This document shows positions 46,995 to 55,428 of a stretch of DNA of 60,552 bases, one piece after another; the first letter of the stretch is position 1; each line of letters starts with the position of its first letter. The DNA lies in IMG/VR virus record IMGVR_UViG_3300029267_000655, positions 1-60,552 of that record; one strand, written 5' to 3'. The notes under the pieces are model-generated. The model did not search any database. It saw only the letters and a program-made list of their open reading frames with translations, and was not told the DNA's origin. The DNA is from a virus (lineage: Duplodnaviria; Caudoviricetes). Position numbers and translations under genes: made by a program.

Positions 46995-47779
46995 AGCTTT
47001 CCTCTCTTTCCTGCTCTGTATAGTTGTTGAGCTAGCCTAACACGACCGAATCTAGCAAGACTCTTTCTCAAAGCTTCTACGTCTTCTCCTACTTCGTAGT
47101 GACCGTTGAGATGACTCTTCCACTTACATAGAATCGTCTCAGCCTCTTGCGGTCCTAACGGTCTATCGAACGTAGGTGGAGCTAGGTAGCCGTCTAAACT
47201 CTCTAGAATATGCTCCGTAGCCCATCTATTTCGCTCTCTAACGTCCTCTGTTGCTTCGGATGGGTTTCGATACCTATCCTGAGCTAGAGACGCTCCTACC
47301 TTCGGAGAATCGAATAGGAACACGTCTTCTACCGGAAAGACTACCGGAACACCTAGAACTCTCTCTAGCATGTCGGCTACCTTGAATGAGATCCAAGGTC
47401 CGAACCCTACCCAACGCTGAACGTGTAGCATCACCTCAGTAGATTGAATAGGTTTCTTAACGTCTATCGGTTTGAATAAACCGTCTAAACCTACATCACT
47501 CAGGTAGTTAACAGACTTGGTAGCGTTATCTCCCCTGAAGTGTCTACGCTCAGGACACCTAGGGTACTTCTTAGACTTAGCCGCAGTCATCATAGCGTTC
47601 CAGTAGTCTTTCTTATACGTTATCCAACTGGCAGTACCGCTATGATAAAAACACCAGTAAGCTAGTAACCACTTCCGTAGTTGTACCTTACTCATGTTTG
47701 AGTTAATCAACACCGTATAGACTGGGTCTAAGTCTTCGTTGTCTAGGAGAGACTTACCAAACTCAATCAGTTCTAGCAT
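46988..47779 (-). CDS. Amino acid:DNA transferase (aGPT-Pplase2 family)
   Basis: DLDPVY, WLLAYWCFY, RCPERRHFRG, GFGPWISFKVADM, QEAETILCKWKSH. Confidence 0.85.
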   Translation of the reverse strand: MLELIEFGKSLLDNEDLDPVYTVLINSNMSKVQLRKWLLAYWCFYHSGTASWITYKKDYWNAMMTAAKSKKYPRCPERRHFRGDNATKSVNYLSDVGLDGLFKPIDVKKPIQSTEVMLHVQRWVGFGPWISFKVADMLERVLGVPVVFPVEDVFLFDSPKVGASLAQDRYRNPSEATEDVRERNRWATEHILESLDGYLAPPTFDRPLGPQEAETILCKWKSHLNGHYEVGEDVEALRKSLARFGRVRLAQQLYRAGKRGKLW

Positions 47780-49163
47780 CTTGGACAGGCACCTTTAACT
47801 CGACAAGACGTAATGCTCGACCTTCACCAGCAATAACGTCACCACACCTAGGTTGTCCTGGGTCATCTTCGTTTTCGCTTGCACAATACAAACAACCCGA
47901 AGGTGGGCATTCGTCTACTTCTCGGAATAGTTCATCTGGATTGTCCCTAGTAAATACCGGAACACGCTGCCCGTGGCACTGGTCTGCCGTAGTGTATTCC
48001 CTACCGATACTGACTCCTGTCTTGCTAGTTATGTTTCCTTGTTCGTCTCTTTCGTAACGATACTCGTAGCAAGTGGCGTAGGTTAGTCCGTACCGTTTGG
48101 CGTATTTACTATACATCTCATGGGCTTTTAGTCTGTACTCTTCTTCTACACACCTTTGTCCGCCCATGTTGTCGGTAAACAACTCCTTAAACTTCTCTCC
48201 TCTTTCTCCAAACCTCTTAACCATCCTCTCTTCCATACTGTTAGCCCAAGAGTAACCCGCTTCGACAAACTTAACGATGACGTGGTCTGCTCCTGCCTCA
48301 GCTAGCCTCTTGAATAGCTTAATGATGTCAGCATGAGAGGTTACACCCGGAATAATTGGATTGACTTGAATAGAGACATACACACCTTTGTTCTTGATCC
48401 TTGTGATGTCTTTTAGATGTCCTTTCAAGCTAAGTGCTCCGGGGGAAAGCCTACGAAAGTCCTCTGGAACTGATGTGTTGATAGACTTCTGAGCGTAGCT
48501 ATAGGGATTCTGGGTCATAAGGTCGATAGCCCATTTAGGGTATCTCAACCGACTAAGAAAGAAGATAGGCAAACCAACCTTCACAAACTCTTCAGCAGCG
48601 TATTGGGTGTTATGATAGATACTCTCCAAAGGTAGAAACGGATCAGTAAATGATGAGAAGTAACCCGCTGCTCCACGTCTGACTTTACGTAGCTGTTTCC
48701 TGATCTGTTCTCCGTAGTCCATAGGGACAGTGATAAGTCCGGTGCCACGATAGCCTCTGAACCCGGAGTTAACGTAACAGAAAGCACAACCAACAACACA
48801 CCAACCACCGTAAGGTTCAGTTAGTATAGCTTCAGTGAAACACGGTCTAGGTCTAACATTGTCTGGTTCGTGTAGACCTTTGTACCAACCTTGTAGCTGC
48901 TTTGCTTTATCTATCCGAGTATGTGGGTATGGTTCTAAATAGGCTCTGACTTCCTTCTTGTCTTCGTCTTTAGCGTTTCTGACCATACCCACCCGAACGT
49001 CTCTGACCTTAACTTTACGTCCGAAAACTTCATCATAGACTGTTTTGATTTCAGAAAGATTCTCCCTAGGTTCTGGACGCATGAAATAGTTGTAGACGGT
49101 ATTGGCTGTGTGTTCGTCTTCACCTACAGATTGAGTTGTGATCCAGCTTTGTTCTTGGTCCAT
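47763..49163 (-). CDS. Radical SAM enzyme (spore photoproduct lyase-like), extra C-terminal Cys cluster
   Basis: PYGGWCVVGCAFCY (CX3CX2C), SSFTDPF, NPIIPG, CPPSGCLYC. Confidence 0.88.
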   Translation of the reverse strand: MDQEQSWITTQSVGEDEHTANTVYNYFMRPEPRENLSEIKTVYDEVFGRKVKVRDVRVGMVRNAKDEDKKEVRAYLEPYPHTRIDKAKQLQGWYKGLHEPDNVRPRPCFTEAILTEPYGGWCVVGCAFCYVNSGFRGYRGTGLITVPMDYGEQIRKQLRKVRRGAAGYFSSFTDPFLPLESIYHNTQYAAEEFVKVGLPIFFLSRLRYPKWAIDLMTQNPYSYAQKSINTSVPEDFRRLSPGALSLKGHLKDITRIKNKGVYVSIQVNPIIPGVTSHADIIKLFKRLAEAGADHVIVKFVEAGYSWANSMEERMVKRFGERGEKFKELFTDNMGGQRCVEEEYRLKAHEMYSKYAKRYGLTYATCYEYRYERDEQGNITSKTGVSIGREYTTADQCHGQRVPVFTRDNPDELFREVDECPPSGCLYCASENEDDPGQPRCGDVIAGEGRALRLVELKVPVQDARTD

Positions 49164-49720
49164 TAGGTAACCTCACTCAGAATAGAACTAGAAATTTTAA
49201 CAACCTGCTTGAAACTTAAAACCCGACAATAGACACCATTCTGTCTTAATCGGGTTCTGGCTCGTTCTATAAGCTTGACCCTTTTTATTGTGTTGTGTGT
49301 ATTTAGGGGTTTGTCGTTACCTGCGTCTAGTCTTCTTTGTTTTACCTGTTCAATACATTTATCTGTATCGGTATTAAGAAATAGAACCCTAACATCGTGA
49401 CCTATCTCTTTTAGTTCTGTGGTCCACTTGACGTCTTGACTAAGAAGTAAACCCTCACACAATACCAGGTCTACATTGTTGGGGCTTAGTGACTGAACCC
49501 TCTGTATAAGGTCAAACACTGATCTAGCTGAACCTACATTGTCACATCCTCCGCAAGTTGACTCATAGTGACCTAAAATACAGACGGACCCACTATAGTA
49601 TCCAATCGGTTTTCTACGTCCTTCTTCAATTATAGGTACTAAGTCTAGACCCCCTATTATCTCTCTCATAGCTGTAGTCTTTCCACTACCGCTAGTTCCT
49701 CTTATCTGAAGTATCAACAA
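49163..49720 (-). CDS. P-loop kinase (catalytic half of 5hmdU DNA kinase, or a nucleotide kinase)
   Basis: IRGTSGSGKTT, GHY...GGCD, LCEGL. Confidence 0.8.
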   Translation of the reverse strand: MLILQIRGTSGSGKTTAMREIIGGLDLVPIIEEGRRKPIGYYSGSVCILGHYESTCGGCDNVGSARSVFDLIQRVQSLSPNNVDLVLCEGLLLSQDVKWTTELKEIGHDVRVLFLNTDTDKCIEQVKQRRLDAGNDKPLNTHNTIKRVKLIERARTRLRQNGVYCRVLSFKQVVKISSSILSEVT

Positions 49721-50577
49721 CCTACAAACTCCTTGTACTTAGACTTCGGTCTTCTACCATCAAAGAGTGTCCTTTCATACTTATCGAACTCACACAAACA
49801 GTTCTGGTAGTCTATTGCTTCGAGTCGTTTTGAAATACTTCTAGGTATTAGAGACTTGGTGTATTCTAGTACGTCGGTACCAAACCAATGATTAAACTCT
49901 GTTTGGCTCATAGGTGATTTTATGTCTCTACCTAACAACCTATTCATTCCTCTTCGACTACCCGGACCAATAGCAGCCCACCTCAACCTATCCTTAAACA
50001 CCACCGAAGTGGCCCACCTAAGATCAGCAGCTACTTGACCCGACATAAAAGAACCCATATTCCAATAATTCGATAGCGACTCAACCAATCTCTCTAATCT
50101 GTTATGAATCACTAATGGGTTATCTACAAACTGCTGGCAGTTTACTTTGATTACCATTTCAGACTTATCTGGCCAACCTTTAGATGCTCTTATAATATAG
50201 GCTCCGTTGAACACCGGAGCACTACTTTGTTCGGTTTTGTACTTCTCGATTCTAGCTAGGATTCTTTTAGGCTCCCACCGTGTAGGGAACCCGATAGCAT
50301 CTAGAGTAGATGGTTGATTAAAGTGACGAGCCAATACACAAGCCAACACTATGTTCTTGTGATCTTTGTAGGGTTCATACCAATTCTTGAGAAGCCACTG
50401 ACTAACTCTATCGTCCATCCTACGGACATTACAGAATCGGTACGTATTAAGAATCTCGTCATCGGTCCAAGGTCTAGGCTCACCGGCTTCCTTCTTCAGT
50501 CGGATACTCTCCCTCTCAGTGATCCAATAGACTAACCTCTCAAACGGGTCTAGCTTCTTAACGTCTTCTATGTTCAT
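49714..50577 (-). CDS. 5-hmdU DNA kinase helical domain (aGPT-Pplase1 family)
   Basis: ERESIR...PWTDDEILNTYRFCNVRRMDDRVS, GPGSRRG, QNCLCEFDKYER. Confidence 0.9.
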   Translation of the reverse strand: MNIEDVKKLDPFERLVYWITERESIRLKKEAGEPRPWTDDEILNTYRFCNVRRMDDRVSQWLLKNWYEPYKDHKNIVLACVLARHFNQPSTLDAIGFPTRWEPKRILARIEKYKTEQSSAPVFNGAYIIRASKGWPDKSEMVIKVNCQQFVDNPLVIHNRLERLVESLSNYWNMGSFMSGQVAADLRWATSVVFKDRLRWAAIGPGSRRGMNRLLGRDIKSPMSQTEFNHWFGTDVLEYTKSLIPRSISKRLEAIDYQNCLCEFDKYERTLFDGRRPKSKYKEFVGC

Positions 50578-52616
50578 AGACCTAATCCTTCTGCCCAGTT
50601 GTGTTCGTGGTACTCACAGCTTACCGGAGTAGGAATACCGAAGTCATCTCCACCTAGTTCCATGATCTTCATCACTTCTTTCATGATCGGTAGATTAGTC
50701 TTCCAAGGTTCAGTACCGCTACCCTTAGGAAAGTCAAACACAAGCTCATCGTGAACCTGCATCACCATATAGTAGCCTCTTGATCCTTTCTTACGGTTAA
50801 GGTCGTCTAACATCTCTTGAACTCTAACCATAGCCTTACACATCCACCACATAGCCGAACCTTGAACGTGGTAGTTAAGAGGAATCGTAGGCTTAACTCC
50901 ACCCCACCTAGTACGAGTACAGTAAAGAGGGTAGCCACGTTCTGGGTCTACTGTGCGGTCTGGAATCGTCTCTACGTAACCGTACCGATTGGCGAAGTCT
51001 ACCCACTTCTGATTTAGCTTAGCTTTCTCTGTAAGACGATCAGCGATGATCTTCTGTGCTCCGGGTACATGGTAGGCTCTATCTGCTGTCCCTGTACCGT
51101 CTTCTTTAGCTACTGCCCCGTATTGGTCAGCAAAGTTACCATTCTTAGTCCACTGGTACCAAGTGCTAGCATACTCCTTCTTACAGTCTGCTCCGTGCTT
51201 CTTAAACTTGTCGGGGTGAAGAATAGAGAAGATCAGAATGTGGTAACTGCCGTAATAGGGTGGTTCGTCCGGCTTCTCGAATATCTCAATCATCGCAGGT
51301 TCACCGCTCTCGTAGGCAGGTAACCTAAGCTCTATGTTCTTGGCATCACAACTCCACCACTCTCTACCTAGTGCTGGACCGAAGCCTTGACGTAAGTTGA
51401 AACCCTCCTTCTTGCTGATGTTCTGTTCGTTAGGGTTGCTGCTAGACCAACGAGTAGTGGCTGTACCGGTAGGGTTAAGACTAGGGTGAAGAACTACCCA
51501 AGGTCCGTTAGGTCTTCTGAGAGGAAGCCAGAACCGCTCATAACTCTCCATGTAGCTAAGTGCTGTGTCTCGCTTGCGTTTGTTTCCTAGAGCACGAACA
51601 AAGTCTAGCTGTGGACTAGGATCATCCAACGTAAACTCGTAGACGCTCAACACGTCTTTGTTGAGTAGGGGTAACCCGGTCTTAGGAGACTTAGCAACTA
51701 CCGGAAGACCTATGTGCTCGAAGCAAGCTGACTGAAGTGACTTGTTACTACCGCTCTTAGGCATAGAGAGTTCAGCACCATACATGCCCGCGATAGTGCA
51801 GCAGATGCGTTCAGCTTCTTCGCTCTGATCTCTATACTCATTAGTGAGTGCTCTAAACCTACTACGGTTAGCTGTGATACCTTTAGACTCCATACCGTAG
51901 ACGACTCTAGGAATCTTACACCTCTCTTCGTAGATGTGGTCTAATCCCTTCTCCTTAATCAACTCCATGTGCCGTTCATATATCTTGACCGTACACTGGC
52001 TGTCCATATTAGCGTAGTCACTAAGAACATCCCACCAAGGATGATCACTAGGGTAGTCCTCTTTTTGAGCGACAAGCCTAGGAAGCCAAGTGTCGTTTTT
52101 CCATACTTTGTCCTTAGCACTAGGTAATTGAGGAAGACCTTTCTTGGCTATTAACCAATCAGGTCTGTTGTGCTTAGCCCAATCCCTAGCCTGCTTACAT
52201 GCTGTCTCTAAGTCGTTGTCATACGGTTTGACATTAACACCTAGATAGACTAGAGCCAGTGTTGTAAGGTCTTTGGGTTGGTTAGACGCAAGCAAGTGAG
52301 CCGATATAAGAGTGTCCCTAACCCTAGACCAATCAAGGTTCGGTACAAAGTCCCCATCAAACAAGTAGTCTAGAGCAGCTATATCAAACTTAGCATTCTG
52401 AAACACTAACAGTTCAGCAGACTCTAACTTGTCCCAAACGTCTTCTAAGTCTGACTCAGCTACTTCAGGCTTACGAGTGTAGGGGTCTACGTACCACTCC
52501 CAGTAGTCTTGAGACTTATCTATCACACTTGTGCTAGTCGTTACTGCGAATGCCCTACAACCATGCTTTAAGTCGATTCCTGTCGTCTCTGTATCTACTG
52601 CAAGAATGCTAGTCAT
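50574..52616 (-). CDS. polA: DNA polymerase family A with 3'-5' exonuclease
   Basis: DTETTG, QNAKFD, TGTATTRWSSSNPNEQNI, DAKNIELR, KNGNFADQYG, NYHVQG, QVHDEL. Confidence 0.93.
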   Translation of the reverse strand: MTSILAVDTETTGIDLKHGCRAFAVTTSTSVIDKSQDYWEWYVDPYTRKPEVAESDLEDVWDKLESAELLVFQNAKFDIAALDYLFDGDFVPNLDWSRVRDTLISAHLLASNQPKDLTTLALVYLGVNVKPYDNDLETACKQARDWAKHNRPDWLIAKKGLPQLPSAKDKVWKNDTWLPRLVAQKEDYPSDHPWWDVLSDYANMDSQCTVKIYERHMELIKEKGLDHIYEERCKIPRVVYGMESKGITANRSRFRALTNEYRDQSEEAERICCTIAGMYGAELSMPKSGSNKSLQSACFEHIGLPVVAKSPKTGLPLLNKDVLSVYEFTLDDPSPQLDFVRALGNKRKRDTALSYMESYERFWLPLRRPNGPWVVLHPSLNPTGTATTRWSSSNPNEQNISKKEGFNLRQGFGPALGREWWSCDAKNIELRLPAYESGEPAMIEIFEKPDEPPYYGSYHILIFSILHPDKFKKHGADCKKEYASTWYQWTKNGNFADQYGAVAKEDGTGTADRAYHVPGAQKIIADRLTEKAKLNQKWVDFANRYGYVETIPDRTVDPERGYPLYCTRTRWGGVKPTIPLNYHVQGSAMWWMCKAMVRVQEMLDDLNRKKGSRGYYMVMQVHDELVFDFPKGSGTEPWKTNLPIMKEVMKIMELGGDDFGIPTPVSCEYHEHNWAEGLGL

Positions 52617-53214
52617 AGCCTGTATGTGCCTTCCTCCACTCGTCAAACGAATTGTAGAGCGGTTTGTACTCTTTCATTGTACCGTCTACTTCAACTACTA
52701 ACCGCCAATCTCCCCATTCTGCTGTCGGTCCTTCGTAGGGTTGTTTGGCTCTTAGTCCGGCTGTGTGTAGTACAGAGTCTCCGTGCTCTATCACTGCCCG
52801 ATACTTAGCGTGAGTGATCTTGCCTTCTTCTCTTAGTGCTTCGAGTCTACCGCTGTGAACGTAGTTATGACACAAGTGACAGAGCGGAACAGTCTCTACG
52901 TAGTAGTGTCTACCAAGCAGATAATCTGTCTCGTAGACTTCGTGTCCTTCTAGCCACTGTCTGTACCTAGCTTTGAGTTTATGCACACCGCAAGCTAGAC
53001 AGTGATAGTAGTTGGATTTGTAGGACTCTTTCCTAGTCTTATCCCACCAACTCTGTCCTAACACAACTCGTGGAGCTAGACCGTGCATAGGCTTCGGAAT
53101 GTTAGGACACAGAAGTAGCTCAGGCTTTCTCTTAACTAGCGTCTCTTTTCTTCGGCTACGTTTCTGTTCCTTAATCAACTTCCTTGTCACTGCACTCCGT
53201 TTCTTAGCCATCAA
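52609..53214 (-). CDS. HNH-like endonuclease
   Basis: CLACG...LEGHEVY...PLCHLCHNYVH. Confidence 0.75.
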   Translation of the reverse strand: MMAKKRSAVTRKLIKEQKRSRRKETLVKRKPELLLCPNIPKPMHGLAPRVVLGQSWWDKTRKESYKSNYYHCLACGVHKLKARYRQWLEGHEVYETDYLLGRHYYVETVPLCHLCHNYVHSGRLEALREEGKITHAKYRAVIEHGDSVLHTAGLRAKQPYEGPTAEWGDWRLVVEVDGTMKEYKPLYNSFDEWRKAHTGYD

Positions 53215-53343
53215 TCAACCTTTTATGTATCCAGTACCGTCACAAGGAAAACACTTTCCATTCTTACTAGACACACCAGAACCTTCACAAGCCTTACACC
53301 GTCTTTTGAGAGGCTTGAGCTTCTTCTTAGGTTTCTTCTTCAT
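53215..53343 (-). CDS. DnaJ-type zinc-finger mini protein (42 aa)
   Basis: MKKKPKKKLKPLKRRCKACEGSG...CFPCDGTGY (two CxxCxGxG). Confidence 0.65.
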   Translation of the reverse strand: MKKKPKKKLKPLKRRCKACEGSGVSSKNGKCFPCDGTGYIKG

Positions 53344-53448
53344 CTACTCAATCCGTACAATTGGTCGAACCGGAGTACTCGTTCACCCGCCTCTTGTGTT
53401 CGTAAGTTGATCGTTCGCACCCGGTGAAGCCACCGACCATTCTCCGTA

Positions 53449-53709
53449 CTAAAGCATCTTCCACTTTTCACGAAACGTCTTCCAGGTGATTCGTCCTCGC
53501 CAAATACCAGGGTCAGACACCAAAATTCCCGCGTCATCAAAGCTCACGACATGGCACGTTCGGCCATGCGGTTTGCGGATAATACAGCTACCGGACTTCA
53601 TGCCCGACATTTCCGCAGCCCGAACTGGATTACAAACCTCGCACCCCTCAACTACCAAACGAGTCTGCATGTTACAACTACATCTGACCATTGCTCTGAC
53701 CGCCATCAC
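53449..53709 (-). CDS. Hypothetical protein (GC-richer segment)
   Basis: GAGG RBS; Cys-rich. Confidence 0.5.
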   Translation of the reverse strand: MMAVRAMVRCSCNMQTRLVVEGCEVCNPVRAAEMSGMKSGSCIIRKPHGRTCHVVSFDDAGILVSDPGIWRGRITWKTFREKWKML

Positions 53710-53733
53710 AACCTCTCTCAGCAGTAGTAGTAG

Positions 53734-53806
53734 TGCTCCGGGTAGGACTCGAACCTACAACCAAGACATTATGAGTATCCTGCTCTAACCTTTGAGCTAC
53801 CGGAGC
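53734..53806 (-). tRNA. tRNA with CAT anticodon, probably Ile2 (lysidine type); Met not excluded
   Basis: Cloverleaf GCTCCGG...CTCATAA...GGTTCGAGTCC...CCGGAGC-A. Confidence 0.85.
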
Positions 53807-53813
53807 TAAGTAG

Positions 53814-53887
53814 TACTCCCATCAGGACTCGAACCTGAAACCTACGGTTTAGAAGACCGTTGCTCTATCCTATTGAGCTATGGGAGC
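53814..53887 (-). tRNA. tRNA-Arg(TCT)
   Basis: Cloverleaf; anticodon arm ACGGT-CTTCTAA-ACCGT. Confidence 0.92.
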
Positions 53888-53891
53888 CTAG

Positions 53892-53973
53892 TGGTCGTGG
53901 AGGGACTCGAACCCTCATGCCCGAAGGCACTAGAACCTAAATCTAGCGTGTCTGCCAATTTCACCACACGACC
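53892..53973 (-). tRNA. tRNA-Leu(TAG)
   Basis: Cloverleaf with long variable arm; anticodon arm CTAGA-TTTAGGT-TCTAG. Confidence 0.92.
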
Positions 53974-54146
53974 ATAAAGAGAGCAGGCAAGAAGCTAGGT
54001 GGAGGACAAAACCTAACAACTTGCCTGCCCCGACCGAAAACAGTCCAGACCCTGCTTGAATCCTTAAGCAGCTTTCCCGTTGATCCTAAGAGTAGCCCAG
54101 ACCTAGACCGAACTGTCGACGTTAGCTAGTCCGATCTTCCTACGGT

Positions 54147-55238
54147 CTACTCTTCTGATAACTTATCCCAACCGACACTCTTATAGAGCTTGCCGTTATC
54201 TAGACTCTTGAGGTTAACCGTCTTCTTGGATTTGAAAACAGCAGTGACTTCGCATTCAACAGACTTGCGAGCTTTTGGAGGCTTGAAGAGATATACATCA
54301 CCTTTCTCCGGTTCAATCTCCTCTTCCTCTTCTTCTTCTTCTTCAGTCTCTTCTTCCTCTTCGTCTTCTTCTCCTAGTTCGTTATCAGGAGAGTCTAGAG
54401 CTTCCGCTACTGCTGCCCAAGTGTTGTACTCGTTAGGGTCAATACCCGCTTCTTCACACATAGCATTAAGAGTAGCCTCAGCTTCTTCGTCTCCTTCGTC
54501 TGCTAGCTCTGCCAACTCACTAGCAGACTGTTCTTCTTCTTCTTCTTCTTCCTCTTCATCTTCCTCTGGCTCGTCTTCTTCGCTCTCATCTTCCTCCTCT
54601 TCTGTTTCTTCTTCGTCTGTCTCTTCCTCTTCGTCTTCGTCTACTACTTCGTCATCTTCGGTTTCGTCTTCTACTTCGTCGTCCTCTTCTCCTTCTTCAA
54701 AGTCTTCAATAAACTTACCCCACTGCTCATTAACTCTTGGGTTGGGGTATTGTTTAGTAGCTTCACCCTTCCAAGTACGGAACGAAAAGTGAGGAGCAGA
54801 CTCCTTCAACTCTTCGCAGGCTTCTTCCAAGTCGTCTAGTTCAAGACCTTCGGTGTCTAGTCCTAGTTTGCGAAGAGTATTAAGCACCCAAGCCAAGTGA
54901 TCATCAAACGTAGCTCTCGAACGATTAGGAGTATCGTGAAGAGGTTCAATGATACTAGTTCTAAGACCTTGGACCGGAACCTTAGTACCGTCATCCATAG
55001 TTACTGTCTTAGGACTCACTACCGTACCGGCAGCGTAGAAGAACAGTTCACCTTTGTTGTCGCCTTTCTTGTATGTGTCGAACTTAACTTCAACCAACTG
55101 AGCTATACCGTGTTCAATACCCTCGGGCAGTGACCCACCACCGGGTAAGACCGTCTCATCTCCTTTGTGTGCATCAAATGCCTTACGTCCTTTACTACCC
55201 AACTTAGCTGCCAGCGATGTCTTAGCCTTCTTTACCAT
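54147..55238 (-). CDS. Putative ssDNA-binding protein with a very long Asp/Glu tract
   Basis: Follows the Sak4-like ATPase; beta-rich N-terminal domain plus acidic linker. Confidence 0.6.
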   Translation of the reverse strand: MVKKAKTSLAAKLGSKGRKAFDAHKGDETVLPGGGSLPEGIEHGIAQLVEVKFDTYKKGDNKGELFFYAAGTVVSPKTVTMDDGTKVPVQGLRTSIIEPLHDTPNRSRATFDDHLAWVLNTLRKLGLDTEGLELDDLEEACEELKESAPHFSFRTWKGEATKQYPNPRVNEQWGKFIEDFEEGEEDDEVEDETEDDEVVDEDEEEETDEEETEEEEDESEEDEPEEDEEEEEEEEEQSASELAELADEGDEEAEATLNAMCEEAGIDPNEYNTWAAVAEALDSPDNELGEEDEEEEETEEEEEEEEEIEPEKGDVYLFKPPKARKSVECEVTAVFKSKKTVNLKSLDNGKLYKSVGWDKLSEE

Positions 55239-55428
55239 CTTCGGTTTTGTCCTTGTTGTGTCTGAAACAGATTTGAGCTTTAGGCGTTAGTACTTCAGTC
55301 CTGAATACCTTAATGTGGTCTGGAGCTACTACACCTAACTTGACATAAGACAGTCCAACGTGGAAGATTTTGATTCTTATGTCTTCAGTAATTACCAGCG
55401 TCTCATTCTTCTCTAGTTCTATTTCAAT
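55222..55428 (-). CDS. csrA: CsrA/RsmA-family protein with no canonical start (ATT start, or start-loss pseudogene)
   Basis: IEIELEKNETLVITEDIRIKIFHVGLSYVKLGVVAPDHIKVFRTEV aligns without gaps to CsrA residues 2-47 (E10-T-L, G33, A36-P37, R44, E46). AAGGAGG lies 7 nt upstream of ATT. Confidence 0.7.
   Translation of the reverse strand: MEIELEKNETLVITEDIRIKIFHVGLSYVKLGVVAPDHIKVFRTEVLTPKAQICFRHNKDKTEDGKEG

Noticed and set aside
52609-53214. Intron- or intein-associated homing endonuclease interrupting polA
   Set aside because: The HNH gene is free-standing upstream. PolA, TerL and the helicases appear uninterrupted and of normal length.
54190-54792. 200-aa poly-Ser ORF on the + strand
   Set aside because: It is the antisense shadow of the Glu/Asp codon run in 54147..55238.
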